Shown piece by piece: positions 45,538 through 54,488 of a DNA stretch of 64,000 nucleotides. The DNA comes from Candidatus Shapirobacteria bacterium (GTDB taxonomy: Bacteria; Patescibacteriota; Microgenomatia; UM-FILTER-40-11): contig JAGVBK010000004.1 in NCBI GenBank assembly GCA_020059745.1, positions 306,511 to 370,510 of the forward strand, written 5' to 3'. The position numbers were made by a program, and so were the translations under genes. The notes under the pieces are model-generated. The model saw nothing but the letters and a program-made list of their open reading frames with translations, made no database searches and was not told the origin of the DNA. How positions within the stretch are numbered: position 1 is the first letter of the stretch; the number at the start of each line of letters is the position of its first letter.

Positions 45538-46752
45538 ATGTTTTTTAAAAAATTTTTTGCTTTAATTGTCACCCTTTCACTTCTCTTTAGCGCTTTTACC
45601 CCCGCAGTTTTTGCAGCCACAGAGACCGAGATTTCCGGTAACGGCAGTTTTTCAACAAATACTGTTGATATCGTGGAAAGCGAAAACAAAGTGGTGGTTC
45701 AGAATAATGACGCTGTTATTGAAAACATCATTAATTCGGAAGCGATTTCAGGGAAAAATAATGTTGGTGACAACACCGGAGGGGATGTTTCCCTTTTTAC
45801 CGGTAACGCAATTACCAGTGTTGAGGTGAGTAACTTGGCAAATCTAAACCAGGCTTCAATTGAAGACTGTGACGGTTGCCCGAGTGATGAAACGGCAAAA
45901 ATTTCCGGTAACGGTTCAATGTCTGACAATGATATAACTAAGTTTTCATGCACGGATATCGCTGTTTTCCAAGACAATTTTGCCGATTTTAACAATGATG
46001 TGAATGCTAAGGCTGTATCCGGCTATAACGATGCCAACGGAAATACCGGCGGCGATGTTACGGTTAGCACTGGAGCTGCGGGAGCGAGTATCGTAATTGA
46101 TAACACGGCCAATGCAAATATTGCCACCGTTGGAGGTGATGAAAACGGCGAGGAAACAGGGGCTGTTGAGGCGACTATCGCCGGTAACGGTTCCTATAGC
46201 CTTAATAACATCAGCCTTTTTGAAAATAGGCTTGTTTCAATTGTTCAGGAAAACCTCGCTTTGATAACAAATCAGGCCAATGCCGAGGCTGTTTCCGGTA
46301 AAAACGACGTTTTTGACAACACTGGCGGCAGCGTTTTTGTAGACACTGGCACAGCGCTTGCTGATGTTGAAATCAACAATTTGGCTAACTTTAATTGGGC
46401 CGATGTTGAGTGTTGTCTTACCCAGGAAGCAACCGAAATTTCAGGAAACGGTTCTGTTTCCAGCAATAACGTTTTCTTAGATGAAATCGATTCCTTGTTT
46501 CTTTTTCAGAATGAAGGAGAGAATGAGGGAGGCTGGCTTCAGTTTAGCAACTGGGTAGATGCTTATCCGAAAAGCGGTTATAACGATGCTTTTCGTAACA
46601 CAGGTTCAGTACAATCAGACCCCACCTTATTTACCGGCATGGCAGTGTCAGAAGTTGATGTGGAAAACACCGGAGGATTAAATGTCTTTGGCGATTTTCC
46701 GGAACTTGATTTTGAGTTTAACCTAGGACAGGTGTGGGGGCTGCTTTTTTAA
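45538..46752 (+). CDS. Secreted Asn/Gly/Ser-rich four-repeat protein
   Basis: Signal peptide ending AVFA; four repeats starting GNGS.S.N and containing SG.N, NTG and TG.A. Confidence 0.8.
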   Translation: MFFKKFFALIVTLSLLFSAFTPAVFAATETEISGNGSFSTNTVDIVESENKVVVQNNDAVIENIINSEAISGKNNVGDNTGGDVSLFTGNAITSVEVSNLANLNQASIEDCDGCPSDETAKISGNGSMSDNDITKFSCTDIAVFQDNFADFNNDVNAKAVSGYNDANGNTGGDVTVSTGAAGASIVIDNTANANIATVGGDENGEETGAVEATIAGNGSYSLNNISLFENRLVSIVQENLALITNQANAEAVSGKNDVFDNTGGSVFVDTGTALADVEINNLANFNWADVECCLTQEATEISGNGSVSSNNVFLDEIDSLFLFQNEGENEGGWLQFSNWVDAYPKSGYNDAFRNTGSVQSDPTLFTGMAVSEVDVENTGGLNVFGDFPELDFEFNLGQVWGLLF

Positions 46753-46766
46753 ATAAAAGAACCTAA

Positions 46767-46819
46767 CTTGGGAAGTAGGGAGGTTCACTAGCACTTCGGT
46801 GAACCCCCTACAAACCAAG
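46767..46819 (+). other. Strong intergenic stem-loop between the paralogous repeat genes
   Basis: CTTGG..GTAGGG(A)GGTTCAC pairs with GTGAACC CCCTAC..CCAAG; no U-tract on + strand. Confidence 0.6.
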
Positions 46820-46833
46820 AAAAAAATAAAAAA

Positions 46834-49017
46834 ATGGAAAAAGAAATGAGAAGATTAAAAAAAATAATATCAATAATAGTAGTAGCTTTGTTTCTTTTTG
46901 CCCGGGCAGTTCCGGTTTTGGGTTATGAAGTGCCGGAAGCTCCTAGCGCTCCTTCGGCGCCAACTTCACCTTCAGTTCCCGAAGCGCCTTCGGCTCCTAC
47001 CTTGGAAGAAGCGTTAAGCCCGGAAACGACTCAAGCCGAGGAGACAGAGAGCCCAAGCCCAGAAGCCCAGGCACCGGAAAGTAGCAGCGAAACAAACGAA
47101 ACAGAGCCGAGTGTAACCCAAACACCAGATTCTCAGCCAACACTTACTCCTACTGAAACAAGCCAAGCCTTACCTGTCGGCCAAGAAGGCGAGGCGGAAA
47201 TTATTACCGGAGACGCTACAAATACTGCAAACCTTTTTACCCAGGCGAACACAAACACGAATATAAGCTCTGATGAAGAAAGCAGTGGAGCTAATTCTGA
47301 AAACAGCGGCAATGGTTCAGATTCCCAAAACCAAAGCCTAATTTCTTTAGAAAGCGAAAGTTCAAACTTTCAGGAAAACAGTAGCGAGATGGGAAATTTG
47401 CTTGAGCTTTCCACGGAAACAGGAAGTAATTCTGCTTCTCAAAATCTTGGCGACTCGGAAATTTTTTCCGGAGACGCGAATACAGGGGCAACTGTAATTA
47501 CGGCTGCTAATACTAACATTGACGGTGTTGCTATGGCGGAGTTTAATGTTACAGATGACCATGTGGGGGATATTGTTTTGGATTTTGAAAGTGCCGCACC
47601 GGTTTCATACAATGATGCCAACACTTTTAACCAGGGTAACGGAGCAGGGTCAGTTAATGAGGCCCAAATTGCCACTTTTGAACAAGATGCTTCCTTTCAG
47701 GAAAATAACGCTGACTTAGAAAATAATCTTTATCTTTCTTCAGATAGCGGTAACAACAACACAAGTCTTAATACTGGCGGCGATTCAGAAATTAATACCG
47801 GAGATGCTAATGTAGCGGCAAATGTAGTTTCCTTTCTAAACAACAATATCGCCGGAAATGTGGTTTTAGGGGTGGTTAATATTTTCGGGAATTTGGTTGG
47901 CGACATCATTCTTCCTGAAGGAGCTTTTGAAAGCGCTTCTTTGGCTTCTTCAGCTCAAAATACAGGGAACGGCTCAGGTTCAGAAAATGAAGTTAAGTTA
48001 AATAGTAGTTCAAATTCTGAAACAAGCCAGGCAAACCAGGCCGAGATTGAAAATAACCTTAAGCTAAAAGCCAATACCGGCAGCAACGAAGCGGCCAGGA
48101 ACACTGGCGGCGAGACAGAAGTGATTACCGGGGACGCCAACATCGAAACAAGGACAGTCAATGTAGCCAATTCAAACATTGAATGCGGCAACCTTTGGCT
48201 GGTAATAATAAATGAGGCAGGAAATTGGATTGGCCGCATTGTCGGCACTTCCGGGAATGCCAATGTTGCCGGGTCAGAAGAAATGGATATTACGGTTGAT
48301 GAAAAGGGTAATGTTTCTGTCCAAAACAGCGATAATGGTGCCGGATCAAATAATAATAGCGAGGTTGCCAGTGAAGAAAATAGTCAAACCGAACAAAAAA
48401 ATGAAGCAAAAATTGTCAATAATCTCAATCTTGAGGCCAATACCGGCGGTAACAAAGCCAACGACAATACCGGAGGAGATTCAACCATAAGAACAGGCGA
48501 TGCCAATATTATTGCCAATATTATTAACTTTGTAAACAACAACATCAGCTCAAACGGAAAAATACTAGTGACAGTGATTAATGTTTTTGGCGATTGGGTG
48601 GGCAACTTCCTGCCACCGGGGGCAGGACCGGAGGGTGGCGAGGAACCGGTTGGCGGCCAGGACAATGAAGATGAAGTTGCAGAGGAAGAAAATAGTGAGG
48701 AAACTGAAACAAACGAGGATTACGATTATGATTATTCCTGGAACTGGGAGGACTATTACCTAAATGAAGAAAGAGCAGAGGAAGTTTCCTATTACAGGGA
48801 AAATGCCTATCTTGGCTACCAGTCAAGCGGAAAAGTTGCCGGAAGCTCAAACCAAACAGAGGAGGAAAGCAATGAGGATGACAGTTTCCTCTCTGTGGAA
48901 GCGATTACTGATAACAGTGTGCCGAAAAACAAGATTAAAGTTAATCTTGCCTGGCTTACTTTAACCTTGCCTTTACTTGGACTAACTGTTCTTGTTAGAA
49001 GATTAATGAGAAGATAG
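46834..49017 (+). CDS. Secreted four-repeat Asn/Gly-rich protein with C-terminal membrane anchor
   Basis: Signal peptide; Pro/Ser/Glu linker; repeats (G/D)NG..S.N...TGDAN; acidic linker; TM plus VRRLMRR tail. Confidence 0.8.
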   Translation: MEKEMRRLKKIISIIVVALFLFARAVPVLGYEVPEAPSAPSAPTSPSVPEAPSAPTLEEALSPETTQAEETESPSPEAQAPESSSETNETEPSVTQTPDSQPTLTPTETSQALPVGQEGEAEIITGDATNTANLFTQANTNTNISSDEESSGANSENSGNGSDSQNQSLISLESESSNFQENSSEMGNLLELSTETGSNSASQNLGDSEIFSGDANTGATVITAANTNIDGVAMAEFNVTDDHVGDIVLDFESAAPVSYNDANTFNQGNGAGSVNEAQIATFEQDASFQENNADLENNLYLSSDSGNNNTSLNTGGDSEINTGDANVAANVVSFLNNNIAGNVVLGVVNIFGNLVGDIILPEGAFESASLASSAQNTGNGSGSENEVKLNSSSNSETSQANQAEIENNLKLKANTGSNEAARNTGGETEVITGDANIETRTVNVANSNIECGNLWLVIINEAGNWIGRIVGTSGNANVAGSEEMDITVDEKGNVSVQNSDNGAGSNNNSEVASEENSQTEQKNEAKIVNNLNLEANTGGNKANDNTGGDSTIRTGDANIIANIINFVNNNISSNGKILVTVINVFGDWVGNFLPPGAGPEGGEEPVGGQDNEDEVAEEENSEETETNEDYDYDYSWNWEDYYLNEERAEEVSYYRENAYLGYQSSGKVAGSSNQTEEESNEDDSFLSVEAITDNSVPKNKIKVNLAWLTLTLPLLGLTVLVRRLMRR

Positions 49018-49022
49018 AAAAA

Positions 49023-49307
49023 TTATCTTCTGCTTCTTCGCCTAGCTCTTTCAGCTCTGGCTACTTCTCCGGCAATGTCCAGCTCTTTGGGGTGTTCGCC
49101 GTCAACATCAAGGTAAAGTCCCCACTCCTGCTCGCTTTTCAAGGTATCGTCGTCTGACTCAGGATTGGGCATGCTTCCGCTTATTGTTTCCTCGTCATAA
49201 TACTCAGGAAAGCTGGTCATGGTTTCAAACTCTTCTTCAGAGAGACGGGTACTTTCGATTCTGACAACACTGGAATTTTTAAACCTATTTGAATCTTTGT
49301 TTGCCAT
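49023..49307 (-). CDS. Small acidic hypothetical protein (possibly DUF6335-like)
   Basis: EETISGSMPNPESDDD...GLY...ELDIAGEV. Confidence 0.55.
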   Translation of the reverse strand: MANKDSNRFKNSSVVRIESTRLSEEEFETMTSFPEYYDEETISGSMPNPESDDDTLKSEQEWGLYLDVDGEHPKELDIAGEVARAERARRRSRR

Positions 49308-49310
49308 TTT

Positions 49311-49601
49311 TTACTCGCTTTTTCTGGCCACGAATTTGTTAAAACGGCTTTCTTCCCCTTCACGAGTTTTTTCCTGGTAAAGAAGAGCCAGATTCTTGTT
49401 TTCAAAGATTTTAAAAAATTCTTCCCAAGAGATATGTTCAAGGTTTTCTTTTGTTCCTAAAGGAGGAAAGTCAAACCTGAGGATGCCACCATTTTCTTCT
49501 CCAGTTCCTTTAACCATGGAGGGAATACCGCCTCTTTGTTCGGCCCATTTTCTTATTGTTTCGTGGTCAGCGGTAATTTTGCTTTCGCTCTCTTCTGCCA
49601 T
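49311..49601 (-). CDS. Conserved-type small hypothetical protein
   Basis: DHETIRKWAEQRGG.P...LRFDF...ISWEEFFKIFE...LYQE...SRFNKFV. Confidence 0.75.
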   Translation of the reverse strand: MAEESESKITADHETIRKWAEQRGGIPSMVKGTGEENGGILRFDFPPLGTKENLEHISWEEFFKIFENKNLALLYQEKTREGEESRFNKFVARKSE

Positions 49602-49670
49602 AATTATCTATATTGATAATATTGGAGAGACTTTAAGAGTTTATATGAAGAAAGTAATAAAATCGTAAAT

Positions 49671-50234
49671 TCAGACTCTTTCAACGTATTGGCCCGTTTC
49701 CACATTTATTGAAACCGTGTCGCCTTCTTTTATGAACAAAGGAACCTGGAGACGATATCCGGTTTCAACTTCAACTTCTTTAGTGGCACCGGTGACTGTG
49801 TTGCCTTTTGCTCCGGCCTCTGAAGCCACCACCTTAAGCTTTACTTTTAGAGGCGGCCTTAAAGCAACTGCCTGATTTTCCAGGGTATAAACTTGGTAAG
49901 TTTCGCCCTCTTTCATTAAAGGAAGAAAGTTTCCTGCCATTTCTTTGGGTAAGGTTAATTGCTCGTAAGTTTGAGGGTTAATGAAAAAAAGCTCGCCGCT
50001 GTCTTTGTAAAGATACTGAAGCTCTTTGGTTTCCAAAGGCGCTTCCTCAAGCTTTTCTCCTGATTTAAAAGTAAAGTCAATAACATTGCCGGTTTTTAAG
50101 TTTTTAAGTTTTGTCCTAAAAAAAGCTGAACCTTTTCCTGGCGAAACAAAGGTTTTGTCAACCACAATATGGGGAGCATCGCGAAAAATAATGCATGTTC
50201 CTTTTTTTAAATCAGAAGTGGAAATTGTTGCCAT
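49671..50234 (-). CDS. efp: Elongation factor P
   Basis: PGKG loop, GNT, ETG, VPLFIKEGD, YVER. Confidence 0.96.
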   Translation of the reverse strand: MATISTSDLKKGTCIIFRDAPHIVVDKTFVSPGKGSAFFRTKLKNLKTGNVIDFTFKSGEKLEEAPLETKELQYLYKDSGELFFINPQTYEQLTLPKEMAGNFLPLMKEGETYQVYTLENQAVALRPPLKVKLKVVASEAGAKGNTVTGATKEVEVETGYRLQVPLFIKEGDTVSINVETGQYVERV

Positions 50235-50283
50235 ATTGGCATATTTTAAAACCGAAGCTTTTTTTTGTAAAGATAGAAAGAGG

Positions 50284-51285
50284 CTAAAGGCAAAAAGGAT
50301 TGGTTTCTCTTATGTCTTTTGAATCAGTAAAAAGCATAATTAGCCGGTCAATTCCGACGGCAATGCCCGAAGTTTCAGACATGCCTTCTTTTAAAGCCTC
50401 AATAAAATCCCTATCAGGTTCAAAGACCTTCATTTTTTTTCTTTTTCTTTCCTCAAGGTCACTTCTAAGCCTTTTTTCTTGTTCCTTCCAGTCAGTTAGT
50501 TCTGAATAACCATTGCCGAGCTCAATTCCGGCTAGGTAAAACTCCATTCTTTCCGCGTATTTTTTATCTTTTTCTTTTATCTTTGAAAGCGCCGCTAAGG
50601 GAGCTGGGTAATCATAAAGTATTAAAGCCGGGCTTTTCAGAAGCTCTTTTTCAACTTCATTTAAAAATATTTGGTGATAAAGCTCTTCCCAGCTTGAGTT
50701 TTCGGTAAGGTAGCCCTTTTTTTGGCAAATTTGCTCGGCCTTTTTTGGGTCTAAAAACTCATCAAGGTCAACTCCGGCATATTTTTTAAAAGCCTCTTTA
50801 CAGGAAATCCTAAGCCAAGGAGAATTAACATCAACTTCTTCTCCTTGGTAGAAAATTCTATCCTTTTTAAGCCCGTTTTTTATGAATCTGACTAAGTTTT
50901 CACAGTCATCCATGAGGTTTTTATAGTTTCCGCCGGTTCGGTACCATTCAAGAATGTTAAATTCTTTTAAATGAAGCGGATCTTGCTCGTTTTGGTCGCG
51001 GTAAGCTTTAGTGATTTGAAAGATGTTTTCAAATCCCGCTACCAGCATTTTTTTTAAAAGAAACTCGGGAGACGGAGTTAAAAAGATCCTTTGCTCTTGA
51101 TCTTTTATTTCATATACCTCATTAAAGGGACTTGGGTCAGGGGAAGTAACCAAAGTTGGAGAATCAACTTCCAAAAATCCCTCTTTATCAAAAAATTCTC
51201 TTATTAGCTTAAGAATTTTTGCTTTTGTATAAATTTTTTCCCTTAAAAGTGGATCGTTTTTTAATTTTTCCCAGATTGGCCTCAT
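50284..51285 (-). CDS. epmA: EF-P lysine aminoacylase EpmA/GenX
   Basis: LysRS-like catalytic domain without OB fold: SPEFLLKK, EFNILEWY, ERMEFY.AGIELGNGYSEL, GIAVGIDRL; next to efp. Confidence 0.88.
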   Translation of the reverse strand: MRPIWEKLKNDPLLREKIYTKAKILKLIREFFDKEGFLEVDSPTLVTSPDPSPFNEVYEIKDQEQRIFLTPSPEFLLKKMLVAGFENIFQITKAYRDQNEQDPLHLKEFNILEWYRTGGNYKNLMDDCENLVRFIKNGLKKDRIFYQGEEVDVNSPWLRISCKEAFKKYAGVDLDEFLDPKKAEQICQKKGYLTENSSWEELYHQIFLNEVEKELLKSPALILYDYPAPLAALSKIKEKDKKYAERMEFYLAGIELGNGYSELTDWKEQEKRLRSDLEERKRKKMKVFEPDRDFIEALKEGMSETSGIAVGIDRLIMLFTDSKDIRETNPFCL

Positions 51286-51326
51286 TTTTAATTGCAATAT
51301 AGATTAGTTATTGATATGCTTTATAT

Positions 51327-51989
51327 ATGCGACAAGGTAATAAAACATTCTTGATTATATTACCTTTTTTAATCTTTGTCGCTGCTTCCGTTTTAGGTTT
51401 AAGTATAAGAAACTTTAATCTTGTGGAAAAATCCGGAGGTTGTGGCTGTGATTTTGAAAACACTACCGGAGAGTTTGTTGCTGAAAAAAAGGCATATTTT
51501 TTAAGTAAGGAGATAACTCCACCTTTGACTGCTTTTGCGGAGCCGGAGAAATCGGTTTTAGGCGAAAATTCAGGCGAAGAAAAATGGATTGAGGTTGACC
51601 TTTCTGAGCAAAAAATTATTGCCTGGGAAGGTGAAAATAAATTTCTGGAATCAGCTATTTCTTCAGGTAAATGGAACAGAACGCCAAAGGGCGTGTTTAA
51701 TATTTGGGCTAAGTTTAAATACACCAAAATGTCAGGGGGCAATAAAGAAGACAACACTTATTACTACTTGCCTAATGTCCCTTACACCATGTATTTTTAT
51801 AAAGGGTTTGGTTTGCACGGAACTTATTGGCACGATAATTTCGGTGAACCCATGTCCCACGGTTGTGTGAATTTGCCCACCCTGGTTGCAGAAAAGCTTT
51901 TTTACTGGACAACACCGGTTTTGCCGACAGGTAAAAAATCAGTATTTGCAGAAAGTAATTCAGGAACCAGAGTAGTCGTCCACGATTAG
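51327..51989 (+). CDS. L,D-transpeptidase (YkuD family)
   Basis: IEVDLSEQ, ISSG...TPKG, LHGTYWH, SHGCVN. Confidence 0.9.
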   Translation: MRQGNKTFLIILPFLIFVAASVLGLSIRNFNLVEKSGGCGCDFENTTGEFVAEKKAYFLSKEITPPLTAFAEPEKSVLGENSGEEKWIEVDLSEQKIIAWEGENKFLESAISSGKWNRTPKGVFNIWAKFKYTKMSGGNKEDNTYYYLPNVPYTMYFYKGFGLHGTYWHDNFGEPMSHGCVNLPTLVAEKLFYWTTPVLPTGKKSVFAESNSGTRVVVHD

Positions 51990-52054
51990 CCAAATTTTAG
52001 TAAAAATTCTTTCATTTTTTACATAGATATTACATTTTTTTGAGCTTGTGGCGG

Positions 52055-52088
52055 TTGACTTTTAGCAATCTACATGCTAAACTGCCAA
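52055..52088 (+). promoter_or_regulatory. lon promoter overlapped by a CIRCE-like (HrcA) operator
   Basis: TTGACT-17 bp-TAAACT; TTAGCAATC-N9-AACTGCCAA (52062-52088) versus consensus TTAGCACTC-N9-GAGTGCTAA. Confidence 0.6.
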
Positions 52089-52118
52089 TATAATTTAAAT
52101 TAAAAGGAGACTTAAGAA

Positions 52119-54488
52119 ATGTCACTTTTGACCAATGAAGAAGTAAACAATGGAACATTGACCGTACCTCTAGTTGCCCTTCGGGATGTTGTTATTTTTC
52201 CTCATACAGAAACTCCTCTGACCTTCGGCAGGATAAAGTCAAACGCCGCCATTTCTGCCGCTTTTAAAAATAATAAGAAAATTGCCTTTGTTTGCCAAAG
52301 AAATTCCCGCACGGAGGTGCCGGGAGAAAAAGATTTTTATTCAGTCGGCACCCTGGCTTCAATTGATCACCTGATTGAAAGCAATGGCAATATCCATGCT
52401 TTAGTCAGAGGTATTTCCAGGGTAAGAATTGAAAATGTTGTCCAAAACGAACCCTATTTTTTAGCTGAAGTTCGGGAAGACAAAGAAACTGTGGTTGAAA
52501 ACGATGAGCTTAGGGCTATGGTTAAGCACGTTACGGACCAAATTCAGAGAATCTTCAACTTGGGTAAAGCTATTGATGTGATGGTACTTATGAAACTTCT
52601 TTCCGGCGTTTCTTATGAAGAGCTTTCAAACCAGGTTGCCTCAATTTTGGATTTAAAACCCCACGACAAACAGCTGCTCTTGGAAATTCCTTTAATAAAC
52701 GAAAGACTGGAAAGAGTGGCGGAAAGGCTTTCCTACGAGATAAAAATACTTGAGCTTGAAAAATCAATTGCCAACAAAACCCAAGCTAAATTTGACAAAG
52801 GAATGAGAGAGGCGGTCTTAAGGGAAAGGAAAAAAACAATTGAAAAGGAATTGGGAGAACTGGGAGCAGAAGACGAAGAGGAAAAGGACATTCTGGACCT
52901 TAAGGAAAAAATTGAAAAAGCAAAGATGACGGCCGCGGCATACAAAAAAGCGACGGAGGAGCTTAATCGCTTAAGAAAAATGTCTGCCAATAATCCGGAA
53001 ATGGGTTACATTAAAACCTATCTTGACTGGTTGGTTTCCCTTCCTTGGTCAAACGAAAGCTCAAGCGAAGTTAGCCTAAAGAGAGCCCAAAAGGTCTTAG
53101 ATGAAGACCATTACGGTCTTGAGAAGATAAAAGAAAGAATTCTTGAATACCTTGCGGTTATGAAGCTTAAAAATGAGAGTGAAGGCAAGAAAGATGTTGA
53201 AGGCAGCGGTCCGACTATCCTTTGCTTTATCGGCCCTCCTGGAGTTGGAAAGACTTCGCTGGGAAAGTCCATTGCCAAAGCTTTGGGGCGGAAGTTTGTT
53301 AGGGTTTCTTTAGGAGGGATCAGGGATGAAGCAGAGATAAGAGGCCACCGCCGGACCTATGTTGGCGCTTTGCCGGGAAGGATTATTCAGGGAATTAAAA
53401 ATGCCGGTACCAATAACCCCGTTTTTATGCTTGATGAAATTGATAAAATCGGCATTGATTTTAGAGGCGATCCATCTTCAGCCTTGCTTGAAGCTTTGGA
53501 TCCTGAGCAAAATAGAGAATTTTCCGATCATTATCTGGAAGTTCCCTTTGACTTATCTAAAGTCTTTTTTGTCGCCACCGGCAATATGTTGGAAACAATT
53601 CCGCCGGCCTTAAGGGATAGGATGGAAGTTATTCGTTTCCCGGGCTACACTGAAGAGGAAAAGTATAATATTGCCAAAAACTATCTTTGGCCAAAACAGC
53701 TTAAAAGCAATGGTCTTGAAAACAAAGATCTGGTTCTTTCTGACGAGGCTTTAAGGGAAATAATTCAAAGCTACACGCGTGAGGCGGGAGTAAGAAATTT
53801 GGAAAGAAATCTTGCTTCAGTTTGCCGTAAGATTGCCAAAAGGATTGCTGAAGGGAAAATCATTGAGAAAGAAATTACTGTTTCCCGGATAAGGAGATTT
53901 TTGGGGCCGGAGAGAATTCTGAAAACCGCTCTTGAAGAAAAAGATACCGTTGGGATGTCAACCGGCTTGGCTTGGACAGAGGCGGGCGGAGAAGTGCTTT
54001 TTGTGGAGGTGGCGCTAATGCCGGGCAAGGGGCAGCTTTTGCTCACCGGCCAGCTTGGAGATGTAATGAAAGAATCTTGCCAGGCAGCCATGACTTTTAC
54101 TAAAAGTCATGTGAAGGAATTGGGTATTAACGAAAAAGCGGTTAAGAATGTTGATGTGCATATTCATGTCCCCGAGGGTGCTGTGCCTAAAGACGGACCT
54201 TCCGCCGGAGTGGCCATGGCAACTGCTCTTGTTTCTGCAGTTACCGGAAAACCAGCCAAAAAAGATGTAGCTATGACTGGTGAAATTACCCTAAGAGGGA
54301 GGGTTTTAGAAATCGGCGGAGTAAAAGAAAAAATTCTGGCAGCAAGAAGGGCTGGGATAAAAACTGTTGTTCTGCCTAAAAACAACAGGAAAGACCTTCA
54401 GGAAATTCCGGCTGCAGTTAAGAAGGATTTGAATATTGTCTTTGTCGACAATCTGTTTGATGCCTTTAAACACACCATTAAGCATTAA
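52119..54488 (+). CDS. lon: ATP-dependent Lon protease
   Basis: GPPGVGKTS, RGHRRTYVGA, LDEIDK, PKDGPSAG, IGGVKEK. Confidence 0.97.
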   Translation: MSLLTNEEVNNGTLTVPLVALRDVVIFPHTETPLTFGRIKSNAAISAAFKNNKKIAFVCQRNSRTEVPGEKDFYSVGTLASIDHLIESNGNIHALVRGISRVRIENVVQNEPYFLAEVREDKETVVENDELRAMVKHVTDQIQRIFNLGKAIDVMVLMKLLSGVSYEELSNQVASILDLKPHDKQLLLEIPLINERLERVAERLSYEIKILELEKSIANKTQAKFDKGMREAVLRERKKTIEKELGELGAEDEEEKDILDLKEKIEKAKMTAAAYKKATEELNRLRKMSANNPEMGYIKTYLDWLVSLPWSNESSSEVSLKRAQKVLDEDHYGLEKIKERILEYLAVMKLKNESEGKKDVEGSGPTILCFIGPPGVGKTSLGKSIAKALGRKFVRVSLGGIRDEAEIRGHRRTYVGALPGRIIQGIKNAGTNNPVFMLDEIDKIGIDFRGDPSSALLEALDPEQNREFSDHYLEVPFDLSKVFFVATGNMLETIPPALRDRMEVIRFPGYTEEEKYNIAKNYLWPKQLKSNGLENKDLVLSDEALREIIQSYTREAGVRNLERNLASVCRKIAKRIAEGKIIEKEITVSRIRRFLGPERILKTALEEKDTVGMSTGLAWTEAGGEVLFVEVALMPGKGQLLLTGQLGDVMKESCQAAMTFTKSHVKELGINEKAVKNVDVHIHVPEGAVPKDGPSAGVAMATALVSAVTGKPAKKDVAMTGEITLRGRVLEIGGVKEKILAARRAGIKTVVLPKNNRKDLQEIPAAVKKDLNIVFVDNLFDAFKHTIKH

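Noticed and set aside
50284-51285. Second or pseudogenised lysS
   Set aside because: Lacks the OB anticodon domain by design and lies beside efp, so it is EpmA; full lysS is at 62405
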